Assembly: GCA_963789825.1 (NCBI GenBank) | Contig: CAWBME010000005.1 | Location: 257,239-321,238 of the forward strand | DNA from: an uncultured Chloroflexia bacterium | GTDB lineage: Bacteria > Chloroflexota > Anaerolineae > Anaerolineales > E44-bin32 | Length of the DNA: 64,000 nucleotides | Reading direction: 5' to 3' | In this document: one piece after another, positions 13,739-23,786 of the stretch | How positions within the stretch are numbered: the stretch's first letter is position 1 | Layout of the letters: each line of letters starts with the position of its first letter | Program-made: the position numbers and the translations under genes | The notes under the pieces: model-generated | What the model was told of the DNA's origin: nothing | The model's input: the letters and a program-made list of their open reading frames with translations, nothing else | The model's database searches: none

Positions 13739-14650
13739 ATGCCCCACCGAGAACTGCCCGAAGCCGAGTCCGGATTCACCCACGTCGCAGGTCTGCGCAT
13801 CCACGAACTGCACTGGCGGGCGGCGCGCTCCACGGCGCCGATCATCTTGCTGCACGGTCTGGCCTCCAACGCCCGCATCTGGGAGCTGTGCGCGCCGCGC
13901 CTGGCGGCGGCTGGCTTCGACACCTGGGCGATCGACTTGCGAGGACATGGCCTGAGCGGAAAGCCGGCGCGGGGCTACTCCTTCCCGGCGATCCGGGCCG
14001 ACCTCGAGCGCTGGATCCGCGCGCGTCGGCTGCGGCACCCGCTCCTCGTCGGTCACTCGTGGGGTGCCTACCTGGCGATCGACTATGCACGGCGCGATCC
14101 AGCGGGGCCGGCGCGGCCGCGTGGGCTGGTGCTGGTCGACGGCGGGATGAGCCAGATGGCGGACATCCCCGGCGCCAGTTGGTCTTCCGTACGACGGCGG
14201 CTTGCGCCGCCGCGCCTGGCGGGATTGACGGTTGAGCAGCTGCACCAGCGGCTGACCGCGCCCGGCCGAGCCTGGACCCCCACTGTGCGTGCCCTGCAGA
14301 TCGTGATGGGCAACTTCCATGTGGACAGTCGAGGCAGGATCCGGCCCCATCTGACCCGCCCGCGCCACTTGCAGCTGTTGCGCACGATTTGGGACTACCG
14401 CGCGTATCGGGCCTACCGGGAGCTTGCCTGCCCGGTGCTCCTGCTGCCGGCTGTGCCGCCCTCGCCACGCACATCCGCCGAGGACCGGTATCTGGAGGAG
14501 AAGCACAGGGGCGTCGCAATCGCCCGCAGGGAAATCGGCGAGGTGCGGGTGCACTGGATGCGCGACACGATCCACGACGTCCCGCTGCAGCGGCCGAACG
14601 CCCTGGCCAATCAGATCCTCCGCTTTGCCGGGGAGTTGGATTCGAGTTGA
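13739..14650 (+). CDS. Alpha/beta hydrolase fold protein
   Basis: 303-aa ORF with ...PIILLHGLASNARIWE... and the nucleophile elbow ...LLVGHSWGAYLA.... Confidence 0.8.
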   Translation: MPHRELPEAESGFTHVAGLRIHELHWRAARSTAPIILLHGLASNARIWELCAPRLAAAGFDTWAIDLRGHGLSGKPARGYSFPAIRADLERWIRARRLRHPLLVGHSWGAYLAIDYARRDPAGPARPRGLVLVDGGMSQMADIPGASWSSVRRRLAPPRLAGLTVEQLHQRLTAPGRAWTPTVRALQIVMGNFHVDSRGRIRPHLTRPRHLQLLRTIWDYRAYRAYRELACPVLLLPAVPPSPRTSAEDRYLEEKHRGVAIARREIGEVRVHWMRDTIHDVPLQRPNALANQILRFAGELDSS

Positions 14651-14654
14651 ATTC

Positions 14655-15173
14655 GTGGCCGCAGCTTTGAGGTCTCATCCGCAGCATGGGGTCTACACGC
14701 TGCGCCCAGCGAGCGCCGGAGATCAAGCCGCCATCCGGCGGCTGGTGTACCAGGCGCGCATCAATCCGCGCGGGCTGGACTGGCGGCGCTTTGTGCTGGC
14801 GGTCGATGCCGGCCAGCGGATGGTCGGCTGCGGCCAGATCAAGCCGCATGGCGATGGAAGCCGGGAACTGGCATCGATTGCGGTGGACCCCGGCTGGCGG
14901 GAAGGCGGGGTGGCCAGCGCCATCATCGGGGACCTGATGCAGGCCGGCCCGCCGCTGTGGCTGGTCTGCCGCTCGCAGCTCACCCCCTTCTACGCCCGCT
15001 TCGGATTCCGCCCGGTCCTCCCGGAGGAGCCGACGCCGGGCCACTTCCGGCGGATGCTTCGCCTCGGCGGCTGGCTGAACCACTGGGTGCCGCCCGGTCA
15101 GGGTCCGTGCGTCATGGTCTGGGACGGGGCGGACTTACCCTCCAAGGCGGCCGCAGGGCTGCAAGCCGAATGA
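14655..15173 (+). CDS. GNAT family N-acetyltransferase (GTG start inferred)
   Basis: Only the C-terminal part of ORF 14424..15173 looks protein-like: ...VYTLRPASAGDQAAIRRLVYQARIN...ELASIAVDPGWREGGVASAIIGDLM...FYARFGF. I chose the in-frame GTG just after the upstream gene's stop. Confidence 0.55.
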   Translation: MAAALRSHPQHGVYTLRPASAGDQAAIRRLVYQARINPRGLDWRRFVLAVDAGQRMVGCGQIKPHGDGSRELASIAVDPGWREGGVASAIIGDLMQAGPPLWLVCRSQLTPFYARFGFRPVLPEEPTPGHFRRMLRLGGWLNHWVPPGQGPCVMVWDGADLPSKAAAGLQAE

Positions 15174-15298
15174 AAGTTGTCTTCGGCCGGCAAACTCGAT
15201 AGACTGGAACAGGACTTGCATCCCATCTGTGCGGGCAAATCGCGCGCAGGCTGCCCGGTTTGCGCTCTGGGCCGGGTGAGGGAAGGAGCGGGTGGGGG

Positions 15299-15911
15299 AT
15301 GAAAGCCATTCTGGATGACCTCAACGACATTCCCGGCGTCAACGGGGCGTTCGTCTGCGATGCCGAGGGCAAGGTGCTCGCTTCCTCGCTGCAGAAGCCG
15401 ATCGCACAGGACCTGCTGGATGGTGTTGCGAAATCGCTCAGCCGGACGGTAGCAGGGGTCCGCACGCTGCAGGGCAAAGGTTCTCCCGATATCGAGATGG
15501 TCTTCGAGTTCGAGCGTCCTGATTCTCAAGCCGCTTGATCCGGGATCCCTCTGCATTCTGTGTGTCCCCAAGGTCAACATTCCCATGCTCAACCTGACCG
15601 CCAACATGGCGGTCCGCCAATTGAAGAAGGCGCTTGCTGGCGGCGGGACGGCGGCGCCGGCAGTGCCGGCAGCCGGCGGGGCCCGTATCTCGGCGGCTGC
15701 GTTGGCGCAGATCGAGCACGAGCTGGCGGTGGCTGTCGGACCGGTAGCCGTGCTGATGGTCGACGAGACCCTCTCCAAGCTGCGCTGCACACGCGAGACC
15801 CTGACCGAAGCGCAGTCGGCGGCTTTCCTGGATGGGATTTCGGCGGAGATCCCTGATGCAGCCAAGAAGGCCCATTTCATGGAGTCTGCTCGGCGAATTC
15901 TTGCCCGCTGA
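15299..15911 (+). CDS. Roadblock/LC7 (MglB-like) domain protein with a C-terminal extension; apparent frameshift near 15515
   Basis: MKAILDDLNDIPGVNGAFVCDAEGKVLASSL...DIEMVFEFER continues in another frame as VLILKPLDPGSLCILCVPKVNIPMLNLTANMAVRQLKKAL... (ORF 15585..15911). A GGAAGGAG RBS lies upstream of the ATG. Confidence 0.6.
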
Positions 15912-15980
15912 GTGTAAGCATGCGCCGGCCCGAGTGGGGCTTCGGCGACGGCTTACGCCGGCGTGGACGGGAGGTCAATC

Positions 15981-16763
15981 ATGCGCAACACGATCGGTTT
16001 GAGGCTGAGCCTGGGGTTCTTGGTGATGATCGTCCTGCTGTTGGCGGTCAGCGTCGTCGGGCTGTGGTACAGCACCCAAATCGCCACGGCGATCGAGGCG
16101 GTGTCGGTGCAGACTCAGCAGCTGGTCAACCTGGTGCTGATCGAGACGGCCATCGAGCGCGCCGAACTCTCCCTGCAGTCCTCGCTCGCTGACCGTACGG
16201 ACGGCGGATTGGCGCGGTCGGGCGTGCTGCTGGACACGGCCGGCGAGCGGGTGGGCGAGTTCGTCGAGACCACACGCGGCATCGATCCGGCGATGCTGGA
16301 CGCGCTGCGGGTGGGCTCGGACGGGTACCAGGAGGTCGCCGGCTCCTACGTGGAGGCCGCCAGGGAAGGGCCGATCAACCGAACGCAGTCCAACGCGCGC
16401 ATCGGGGAATCGCGCGATCAGCTGCAGCTCGCGCTCGACGCCTTGAAGAAGGCGTTACGCGAGTCGATCAACGCGACCACCGAACAGGCCCAGCAGGCCC
16501 AGCAGACCTCGAGCGTGATCTCGACGGTGATCTCGCTGGCGGCCGTCGCTCTGGGGATCGTGCTGGCCGTGGTAATCACGCGCAGCATCACGCGTCCGCT
16601 CTCCTACCTGGTGCGCACGGCCGACAAGCTGAGCACCGGGGATCTGGAAACACCCGTCGAGGCGCGGTCCAAGGACGAGGTGGGTGAGCTGGCGGAGTCC
16701 CTGGAACGGATGCGTGTCAGCCTGAAGGCGGTGATGGACCGGGTTCGGGCGCGCACAGGCTAG
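15981..16763 (+). CDS. Membrane sensor with a four-helix-bundle-like ectodomain and a HAMP domain, no output domain
   Basis: MRNTIGLRLSLGFLVMIVLLLAVSVVGLWY (TM1) is followed by a helical ectodomain of about 170 aa, then TM2 and HAMP (ITRSITRPLSYLVRTADKLSTGDLETPVEARSKDEVGELAESLERMRVSL), then a stop. A GGGAGG RBS precedes ATG 15981. Confidence 0.7.
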   Translation: MRNTIGLRLSLGFLVMIVLLLAVSVVGLWYSTQIATAIEAVSVQTQQLVNLVLIETAIERAELSLQSSLADRTDGGLARSGVLLDTAGERVGEFVETTRGIDPAMLDALRVGSDGYQEVAGSYVEAAREGPINRTQSNARIGESRDQLQLALDALKKALRESINATTEQAQQAQQTSSVISTVISLAAVALGIVLAVVITRSITRPLSYLVRTADKLSTGDLETPVEARSKDEVGELAESLERMRVSLKAVMDRVRARTG

Positions 16764-16810
16764 CCCGCATCCAGTCAGCCGAGGCTGAGCGTCGAATTGC
16801 CCGCAACGGG

Positions 16811-16846
16811 CAGCCAGGCGTGGGTTTGTGATCCCACGCCTGGCTG
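16811..16846. terminator. Bidirectional intrinsic-terminator-like hairpin between convergent genes
   Basis: Perfect 14-bp stem CAGCCAGGCGTGGG / CCCACGCCTGGCTG with an 8-nt loop, followed by ATTCTTGTG. Confidence 0.6.
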
Positions 16847-16887
16847 ATTCTTGTGCCTGCCCATCGGACCCCGACTTCGGCCGGGCG

Positions 16888-18320
16888 TCAACGTGTGGCG
16901 ACGTCGAAGGAGACGAAGTCACCGCCTGGCGAGGCGAGCAGGGTGAGCGCCCCGGCAATCGAGCCGAGCGACAGGTTCCAGCTGCCTTCGCCGCCGGAGA
17001 GCAGGATGAACTCGCTGGGGTTGATCCACTGCAGAGTGTGCCCGTCGCCCAGGGTCGCCGGCGCAGCTGTGGGAGCGCCGAGCTTCAGGTTGGCTGGCGA
17101 AGTCCTGCGAGAAGACGAAGTGTAGGCTGTCCGGCGACCACCCCTTCCAGCTGACATCGCCCGACACGTACATCCCAAGCCCGCTGCCATCGGCTCGCCC
17201 CAGGTAGAGCTCGGTGACATTGGGGTCGGCGCCCGTCCGCCCAAAGGCGACCTGCTCCAGGTCGGGAGCGAGCGAGGCGGCAGAGAACTGGGTGAAGAAG
17301 AAGTTGCCGGGGATGGCTGGTCCGGCACTGGCGGCGGCTGAGTCGCGCGCGATCCGCCACACCGTACCGCTGGGATCCGCAGCCAGCGGATCGGCCGAGG
17401 CGATGGCGGCGCCCACCGCCCGCGAATCGGGCGACCAGGTCAGCTTGGGGTAGGACAGGTACTCGCTGTAGGTGATGATCATCGGGAAGGTGACCAGGTC
17501 CTGGCGCAGGTCGGACCCGTCGGCATCCACCAGGCCGATCGAGGTCGGTCGGACGAGGGCGATCGTCTCGCCGTCCGGTGAGGGGCTGAAAGCGCCTCCT
17601 TGCCCGGGCGGAAGCAGCGTGGTCAGCGCGCCGGAGTCGGCATCGAGCTGAAGCAGATCGTCGTAGCGGAACACTCCCGGCCCTTCGGGAACGCCCTGGG
17701 TGCCGAGCAGCAGGATGTGGCTGCCCGGCAGGAAGTCGAATCCCGCCAGGTCGTTGAACAAGAACTCGTCGTGAGCGTAGAGTTCGTTCCAGCGGGTCGA
17801 GGCAAGGAGCAGCGTCTGGCCGGAGCCGTCGCGGTTGACTGGCCCAGATCTCGGAGGGCATGTCGATCTGTTCGCGGCGGGCGAAGGCGATTCGCTGGCC
17901 GTCGGACGAGATCACCACCTGTACCACCCCGCCGGTCGTGCTCAGTTGTCTCCCCGGACCATCGCCTTCGATCAGCCAGGCCTCGCCGCCGCTGGTGTAC
18001 GCCAGGCTGAAGCTCCCAGCGGGATCGCCCAGACCGTTGGCAGCGGATGGCGGCTCAACGCCAGTGGTCGGCACCGGAGAAGCGATGGGTCCTTCGGGGG
18101 CCGTGCCGGTCGCCGCCTGCAGGGTGGCGGCGACAGCCGTCGCCACCGGGTCGCCGCCGCTCCCCCCGCCTGCCGGCAGGGCACAGGCCAGGGCGGTGAG
18201 CAGCAATCCAGCGGCCACGGCCAGCATGCGTCCAATGGCACCCCTACCGGTTGGGCGTTCGACGGTCGGGATCGCATTCCGGGAGTCCCGGCGCGATCGA
18301 GTTGGATGCATGACCATCAC
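16888..18320 (-). CDS. Secreted TolB-like beta-propeller lipoprotein; two apparent frameshifts near 17835 and 17100
   Basis: The N-terminus has a signal/lipobox (...LLLTALAC...). SSDGQRIAFAR / SPDGETIALVR / SPDSRAVG / WSPDSLHFVFS repeats span three minus frames (17085..18320, 16919..17761, 16888..17328). Confidence 0.6.
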
Positions 18321-18453
18321 TCCTGTGGCGAATCGGTTGCCGGCGGGTGGTTCAGGTAGGCTGCGGGAGGCAGCCTACGGATGCCGCCGAGGATTGTAGC
18401 GGGAACGCCGCCGACCGCCAACGCGGACCTCGCCGCACGGACAGGCCGATGGC

Positions 18454-19305
18454 TCAGCGGTCGTAGGTGTAGAACCCCCGGCCGGTCTTCCGGCCCAGGT
18501 AGCCGGCGTCGACCATCTTGCGCAGCAGTGGCGCCGGGCGGTACTTGTCCTCGCCCAGGTCGCGCTGCAGCACCTCCATCACGAACAAGACCACGTCCAG
18601 TCCGACCAAATCTGCCAGGGTCAAGGGCCCCATCGGGTGGTTCATGCCCAGCCGCATCACGGTGTCGATGGCTTCGGCGGAGCCGATGCCTTCCTGCAGG
18701 GCGAAGACCGCTTCGTTGATCATCGGGCACAGGATGCGATTGCTGATGAAGCCCGGGGAGTCCTTGGCCTCCACCGGCTCCTTGCCCATCCGGCGGCCGA
18801 CGTCCAGCGCCACGGCAGTTGTGGCGTCGGAGGTCGCCAAACCGCGAATCACTTCTAGCAGGCGCATCAGCGGCACCGGGTTGAAGAAGTGCATGCCGAT
18901 AACCTGCTCAGGCCGCCGCGTGGCGGCGGCGATCTTGGTCAGTGAGATCGACGACGTGTTCGAAGCCAGCACGGCCGCGGCGGGTGCCAGCCGGTCCAGC
19001 TGGCCGAACAGCTCGAGCTTGAGGGAGGGGTTCTCGGTAGCGGCCTCGATCACCAGGTCGGCCTGGCGCACGGGCTCCAGGTCGAGGGCGGTCTCGACCT
19101 TCAAGGCTGCCTGAAGCTGATCCTGGGTGAGGCCACCCTTCTCGGCCATCCGTCCGGCGGACTTGGCGATGGCAGCCCGGCCGGTTTCGATGGCCTGCGG
19201 GATCACGTCGGTCATCACGACCGAGTAGCCGGAGACGGCGGCAGTCTGGGCGATGCCGTTGCCCATTGTGCCGGCGCCGACAACAACGATCTGGCGGATG
19301 TCCAT
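18454..19305 (-). CDS. hbd: 3-hydroxybutyryl-CoA dehydrogenase
   Basis: [34 protein letters not shown]... is an NAD-binding 3HCDH N-domain followed by the C-domain; 283 aa, intact. Confidence 0.9.
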   Translation of the reverse strand: MDIRQIVVVGAGTMGNGIAQTAAVSGYSVVMTDVIPQAIETGRAAIAKSAGRMAEKGGLTQDQLQAALKVETALDLEPVRQADLVIEAATENPSLKLELFGQLDRLAPAAAVLASNTSSISLTKIAAATRRPEQVIGMHFFNPVPLMRLLEVIRGLATSDATTAVALDVGRRMGKEPVEAKDSPGFISNRILCPMINEAVFALQEGIGSAEAIDTVMRLGMNHPMGPLTLADLVGLDVVLFVMEVLQRDLGEDKYRPAPLLRKMVDAGYLGRKTGRGFYTYDR

Positions 19306-19314
19306 GGTCCCTCC

Positions 19315-20526
19315 TCAGGCCTCGATCTCGATGGCCATGGCAACGGCCTCGCCGCCGCCGAGACACAATGCGGCGAGGCCGCGCCGCTGTCCACGGTCCT
19401 GCAGCGCGTGCAGCAAGGTGGTCAGGACGCGCGCCCCCGAGGCGCCAAGCGGATGCCCGAGGGCGATCCCGCCGCCGCGCACGTTGACCTTGTCCCAGTC
19501 CCACCCCTGGTCGGCCAGGGCGTAGCCGTCCGCCAGCACCTGCGCCGCGAAGGCCTCGTTGAGCTCGATCAGGTCCACCTCCGGCAGGCGCCAGCCGACG
19601 CGTTCCAGCAGGCGGGGGATCGCACGGGCCGGAGCGATGAAAAGCTCCTTGGGCGGGACGGCCACCTGAGCGGAGCCGACGATGCGCGCCATCGGCCGCG
19701 CACCCAACTGCTGCGCCCGGCGGCGGCTGGCGATCACGACCGCCGCGGCGCCATCGTTCAGCCCGGGTGAATTGCCGGCCGTGACCAGCCCATCGGGCTT
19801 GAAGGCCGGCTTCAGGGCGGCGAGCGCTTCGCGTGTGGTGTCGCGGCGGGGCGTCTCGTCCTGCGCCAAGATCGTCGGCGGCCCCTTGCGCTTGGGGATC
19901 TCGATCGGGATGATCTCGCGGGCGAACTCGCCGCGGTCGATGGCGGCAATCGCCTTCTGATGGCTGCGCAAAGCCCAGTCGTCCATCGCCTGGCGGGTGA
20001 CCTGGTAGGCGGCGGCGATGTACTCGGCCGCCATCCCCATGGCCCAGTCCTCGAACGGATCCCACAAGCCGTCATGCAGCAGCGAGTCGACGAGCGCCTG
20101 GTGGCCGTAGGAGATTCCACCGCGCCCGCGCACCAGGTGCGGTGTGTTGCTCATGCTCTCCATGCCGCCGGCGACGATCAGTTCGGCGTCTCCCAGACGG
20201 ACGGCCTGCGCCGCGAGCATGCAGGCCTTCAGTCCCGAGCCGCACACCTTGTTCAGTGTGGTGGCGCCAACGGTTGGCGGCAGGCCGGCATGCAGCGCTG
20301 CCTGGCGAGCCGGGGCCTGCCCGAGCCCGGCAGAGACCACGTTTCCCATCAGGACTTCGTCGATCGTGTCGAGTTGCTCGACCCCGGCCCGCTCCACGGC
20401 GGCGCGGATGACAACGGCGCCAAGCCGGGGAGCGGGAAGCGGCGCCAGGCTCCCCTGGAAGTGGCCCATCGGCGTTCGAGCCGCGCTCAGGATGACCGGC
20501 TCATGTGCGTCAGACGGTGAAGCCAT
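19315..20526 (-). CDS. Acetyl-CoA C-acetyltransferase (thiolase II)
   Basis: 403-aa ORF with ...LNKVCGSGLKA... (nucleophile Cys) and C-terminal ...ALCLGGGEAVAMAIE. Confidence 0.92.
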   Translation of the reverse strand: MASPSDAHEPVILSAARTPMGHFQGSLAPLPAPRLGAVVIRAAVERAGVEQLDTIDEVLMGNVVSAGLGQAPARQAALHAGLPPTVGATTLNKVCGSGLKACMLAAQAVRLGDAELIVAGGMESMSNTPHLVRGRGGISYGHQALVDSLLHDGLWDPFEDWAMGMAAEYIAAAYQVTRQAMDDWALRSHQKAIAAIDRGEFAREIIPIEIPKRKGPPTILAQDETPRRDTTREALAALKPAFKPDGLVTAGNSPGLNDGAAAVVIASRRRAQQLGARPMARIVGSAQVAVPPKELFIAPARAIPRLLERVGWRLPEVDLIELNEAFAAQVLADGYALADQGWDWDKVNVRGGGIALGHPLGASGARVLTTLLHALQDRGQRRGLAALCLGGGEAVAMAIEIEA

Positions 20527-20593
20527 GTGCTTCCTCCTGGGATGAACGAACCGGATGTGTCAGGAGGCGGCCTGTTGGGCCGCGTCGCTCAGG

Positions 20594-21124
20594 CTACTCG
20601 GTGGGCGGCGTGCCGGTCGGCTGGGCATCGCCCAGGGTGAGGGATTGCCACGCGGTGTGCAGCCGCTGATAGCTGCGGGAAAGGTCCTCGGGGATCACCC
20701 GAGTCTGGGCGGTGGTCGCCATGAAGTTGGTGTCGCCCGCCCAGCGCGGCACGACGTGCACGTGGACGTGATCGGCAACTCCCGCTCCGGCCGGCGCGCC
20801 GATGTTGATCCCGACATTGAACGCCAGCGCGCCGTACGCGCCGCTCAGCGCCTGCAGTGCCAGCCCGGTCAGCTGCATCAGTTCGGCCTGAGCCGGCGGC
20901 TCGAGATCGACGATGGAGGGCACATGCCGGTACGGCACGACCATCAGGTGCCCGTTGGTGTAGGGGAAGCGATTGAGGATGACGAAGCCGTGCTGGGCCC
21001 GATGCACCACCAGGTTCGTGTCGCCGTCCGGCTGAGCCAGGCAGTCGCAGAGGAAACAGGCAGCCGGCTCGCCGCCAGCAGACTCGATGTATGGCATTCG
21101 CCAGGGGGCCCAGATCCGCTTCAT
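20594..21124 (-). CDS. HIT family (histidine triad) nucleotide hydrolase/transferase
   Basis: ...FPYTNGHLMVVP... and the histidine triad ...ADHVHVHVVPRW.... Confidence 0.85.
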   Translation of the reverse strand: MKRIWAPWRMPYIESAGGEPAACFLCDCLAQPDGDTNLVVHRAQHGFVILNRFPYTNGHLMVVPYRHVPSIVDLEPPAQAELMQLTGLALQALSGAYGALAFNVGINIGAPAGAGVADHVHVHVVPRWAGDTNFMATTAQTRVIPEDLSRSYQRLHTAWQSLTLGDAQPTGTPPTE

Positions 21125-21195
21125 CGACGCCTTCCATTCTAGCAGAAGGCCGAAGGCTTGGCATAGAAACCTGCAAGCCGTCCTACAATGTGACC

Positions 21196-22002
21196 ATGTT
21201 GGATGCCGCCTCGGTCGAGCGCCGACTGTCCGCAGGGGGACTGGGCCTTCCGCTGATCTTCCGGCCTCGGGTGGGGTCTACCCAGACGCTGGCCAGCGAG
21301 CTGGCGGCCGCCGGCGCGACGCATGGCACGCTCGTGGTGGCCGACGAGCAGACGGAAGGCAGAGGCCGGCATGGGCGCCGCTGGTTCACCCCCCCCGAGT
21401 CGGCGCTTGCCTTCAGCCTGGTGCTGCGCCCGAACCTGCCCTCGGGCGCAGCGGGCAGCCGTCAGCTGGCAGCCTGGAACCTGCTCGGCGCGCTGGCGCT
21501 GGCCGAAGCGCTCGAAGCGCTGGGGGCTCACCCGGCGATCAAGTGGCCGAACGACGTCCTGCTCGAAGGGCGCAAGGTGGCCGGCGTGCTGCTCGAGGTT
21601 GAGTGGGTCGAGGCAACCGTCGATCGCCTGCTGATGGGCATCGGCGTAAACGTAGCTGCCGGCGCCGCGCCGCCAGGGACTGCCGTCGACTACCCGGCCA
21701 CCAGCGTGGAGGAGGCCGTCGGATCCCTGCCCAGCCGGGAAGACCTGCTGCTGAGCATCGTCGGCCGCATCGATGCCTATTGCCAGGTACTGGACCCGCC
21801 GGCGATCGTGGCCGGTGTGAACCAGCGCCTGGCCTACCGGGGCCAAGGGGTTCAGGTGGGCACCGGGTCGGCGACGAAGCAGGGCATCCTCGTGGCGGTA
21901 GGCGAGGAGGGTGAGATCGTCCTCAGGGTGGAAGGCGAGGGGGATGTGCACCTGTCCGGCGCGGATCCCCATCTGCGCCCGCTCGACGTGCCACGCGAGT
22001 AG
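21196..22002 (+). CDS. birA: Biotin--[acetyl-CoA-carboxylase] ligase, class I (no N-terminal HTH)
   Basis: ...VVADEQTEGRGRHGRRWFTPPESALAFSLVLRP...IKWPNDVLLEGRKVAGVLLE.... I chose the internal ATG at 21196 in ORF 21091..22002. Confidence 0.85.
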   Translation: MLDAASVERRLSAGGLGLPLIFRPRVGSTQTLASELAAAGATHGTLVVADEQTEGRGRHGRRWFTPPESALAFSLVLRPNLPSGAAGSRQLAAWNLLGALALAEALEALGAHPAIKWPNDVLLEGRKVAGVLLEVEWVEATVDRLLMGIGVNVAAGAAPPGTAVDYPATSVEEAVGSLPSREDLLLSIVGRIDAYCQVLDPPAIVAGVNQRLAYRGQGVQVGTGSATKQGILVAVGEEGEIVLRVEGEGDVHLSGADPHLRPLDVPRE

Positions 22003-22047
22003 AATAGGCGGCAGGCGCGGCGTTGCCTGCCGTACGGGAGGCTGGAG

Positions 22048-22263
22048 ATGTTCGACAATCTGCGGGACATGTCGGAAGGGGAGTCCTACCTGGATTCGTC
22101 TGACCTGGAAACCAGCGTTCAGCCCAAGCGAAAGGGCCCGGAGCGCCGCGTCATCGGCATGACTGCCGGGCAGCGCCTTGTCCTCTCCATTCTGTTGCTG
22201 TTCACATCGATCGTGATGGGCGCCATGTGCCTGCTGGTCTTCGGGAAGGTCTGGGTCGTCTAG
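22048..22263 (+). CDS. Small hypothetical membrane protein (71 aa)
   Basis: Acidic N-terminus followed by one clear TM segment (LVLSILLLFTSIVMGAMCLLVFG). I recognise no family. Confidence 0.35.
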   Translation: MFDNLRDMSEGESYLDSSDLETSVQPKRKGPERRVIGMTAGQRLVLSILLLFTSIVMGAMCLLVFGKVWVV

Positions 22264-22368
22264 CGGCCGTCGGGGGCTCTCGACCGGAACCCCGCGCCGG
22301 CAGCCGGAAGCTGTACCAGTGCGAGGCCATGCCTGGCCCATAGAGGGCCAGCACGGATGACATTGCCG

Positions 22369-22400
22369 GGGGTGGGGGGAGCCTTGGCTCCCCCCACCCC
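22369..22400. other. Perfect 15-bp G/C-rich hairpin
   Basis: GGGGTGGGGGGAGCC-TT-GGCTCCCCCCACCCC lies downstream of the small ORF. There is no T-tract, so a terminator role is uncertain. Confidence 0.4.
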
Positions 22401-22463
22401 CGGATGGGTTTCAGCCCGCACGGCTTGGCCGGGGAGCAGGCACGCTGATCCCCGGCTGCGCTC

Positions 22464-22801
22464 GGGATGGCACGTCACCGCCACATGTCATCCTGAGCCC
22501 CCGCCAGGGGGCGAAGGATCTGCTTGTGGTTTCGGCGCGGCGCCGAGGTGGGACTCCGGAAAGCAGATCCCTCGCTGCGCTCGGGATGACACAGGTGGAA
22601 GGCGCTCGGGATGACACATCTGCGAGTTGCCTGGGATGGCACGTCACCGCCACATGTCATCCTGAGCCCCCGTCAGGGGGCGAAGGATCTGCTTGTGGTT
22701 TCGGCGCGGCGAGGTGGCAAGCAGATCCCTCGCTGCGCTCGGGATGACATGGCCAGAGTGCCGGGATGCAGCGGCGCTCGGGATGACACAGGTGGAAGGC
22801 G
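22464..22801. repeat. Two tandem ~169-bp units, each containing a ~95-106 bp imperfect palindromic element (TGTCATCCTGAGC...GAAGGATCTGC...GCAGATCCCTC...GCTCGGGATGACA)
   Basis: GGGATGGCACGTCACCGCCACATGTCATCCTGAGCCCCC recurs at 22464 and 22633. The palindromic cores are 22486-22591 and 22655-22749, with extra GCGCTCGGGATGACA half-sites between them. Confidence 0.85.
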
Positions 22802-22859
22802 CTCGGGACGACAAGCCGCTGCCGTGCCGCGGCTTGCATGGTTGCATGGGGGCGCCGCG

Positions 22860-23786
22860 CTACGCTTCGATAGGGCGTTGGGCGAGGAATGCGTCGACCT
22901 GCGCTCGGGTCGGCAGGCCCGCTCGCCCGCCGAGCGCCTGGGTGTTCAACGCCGCCACGGCGCTGGCGAAGCGGGCGGTCTCGCGATGCGTCATCCCCTG
23001 CAGCAGGCCGAACACGAACGCACCATGGAAGCTGTCGCCGCAGCCGGTCGTGTCGACCACCTCTGGCATGGCGTAGGCCGGCTGGTGGAACGGCGGCTCG
23101 CCCTGGCCGTGCACCCAGCAGCCGCGCGGGCCGTCGGTGATCACGACCAGCGCGGGACCCTCCGACAGCAGCCGGCGCGCGGCGGGCTCGAGCTCAGCTT
23201 CGCCGGTGTAAGCCTGGGCAAACTGGCGGGCGACGATACAGAGGTCGGTGCGCGGAACCAGGCGCAGCAGCTCCTGGCGGAAGCGGTGGGCGCCGCCATC
23301 GAAAGAGACCCGCCCTCCGGTCTGATGGGCCCACTCGCACGCCTGCAGGCACGCCTCGAGGTGGCGGCCGTTCAGGTGGACGAAGCCGGCCGCCTCGACC
23401 GCCTGGCGCAGCGGTTCGCCCGGCGCCAGCGGCGGCGCGCTGCCCGGATACCACACGATGGTGCGTGCGCCGTCGTTCCTGCGGACGAGCACGCACGAGA
23501 GGGTTGAAGTGGCGCCGGGATGAGTCTCAAGCAACTCGTCGGCCACCCCTGCCTCGGCGAAGGACCGGCGGACGAACTCGCCGCGCCAGTCGTCGCCGAT
23601 GGTGTCGGCCATGGCGGCACGCGCGCCAAGCCGCGCCAGGGTCACGATGGCCGTCGCTACCGGACCGCCGCCCTGCAGCGTCATCGCCAGCGCCTGCTGG
23701 TTCTCCTCGTCGCTGGGGAAGTGATCGACCAGGTAGAGCGCATCTACCGTAGAGACACCCAGCCCCAGCACGTCAAGGCGCTTCAT
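22860..23786 (-). CDS. PfkB-family carbohydrate kinase (ribokinase-like)
   Basis: MKRLDVLGLGVSTVDALYLV...GGGPVATA... and the C-terminal ...VVDTTGCGDSFHGAFVFGLL... (DTxGxGD motif). Confidence 0.85.
   Translation of the reverse strand: MKRLDVLGLGVSTVDALYLVDHFPSDEENQQALAMTLQGGGPVATAIVTLARLGARAAMADTIGDDWRGEFVRRSFAEAGVADELLETHPGATSTLSCVLVRRNDGARTIVWYPGSAPPLAPGEPLRQAVEAAGFVHLNGRHLEACLQACEWAHQTGGRVSFDGGAHRFRQELLRLVPRTDLCIVARQFAQAYTGEAELEPAARRLLSEGPALVVITDGPRGCWVHGQGEPPFHQPAYAMPEVVDTTGCGDSFHGAFVFGLLQGMTHRETARFASAVAALNTQALGGRAGLPTRAQVDAFLAQRPIEA

Noticed and set aside
22260-22860. Short ORFs across the repeat loci (e.g. 22260..22484, 22411..22653, 22644..22847, and 26864..27406 at the second locus) as repeat-containing proteins
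   Set aside because: They simply translate the palindromic and tandem DNA repeats in several frames on both strands (recurring CHPERSEGS, VIPSAARDL, ALGMT strings). They have no start or RBS context.
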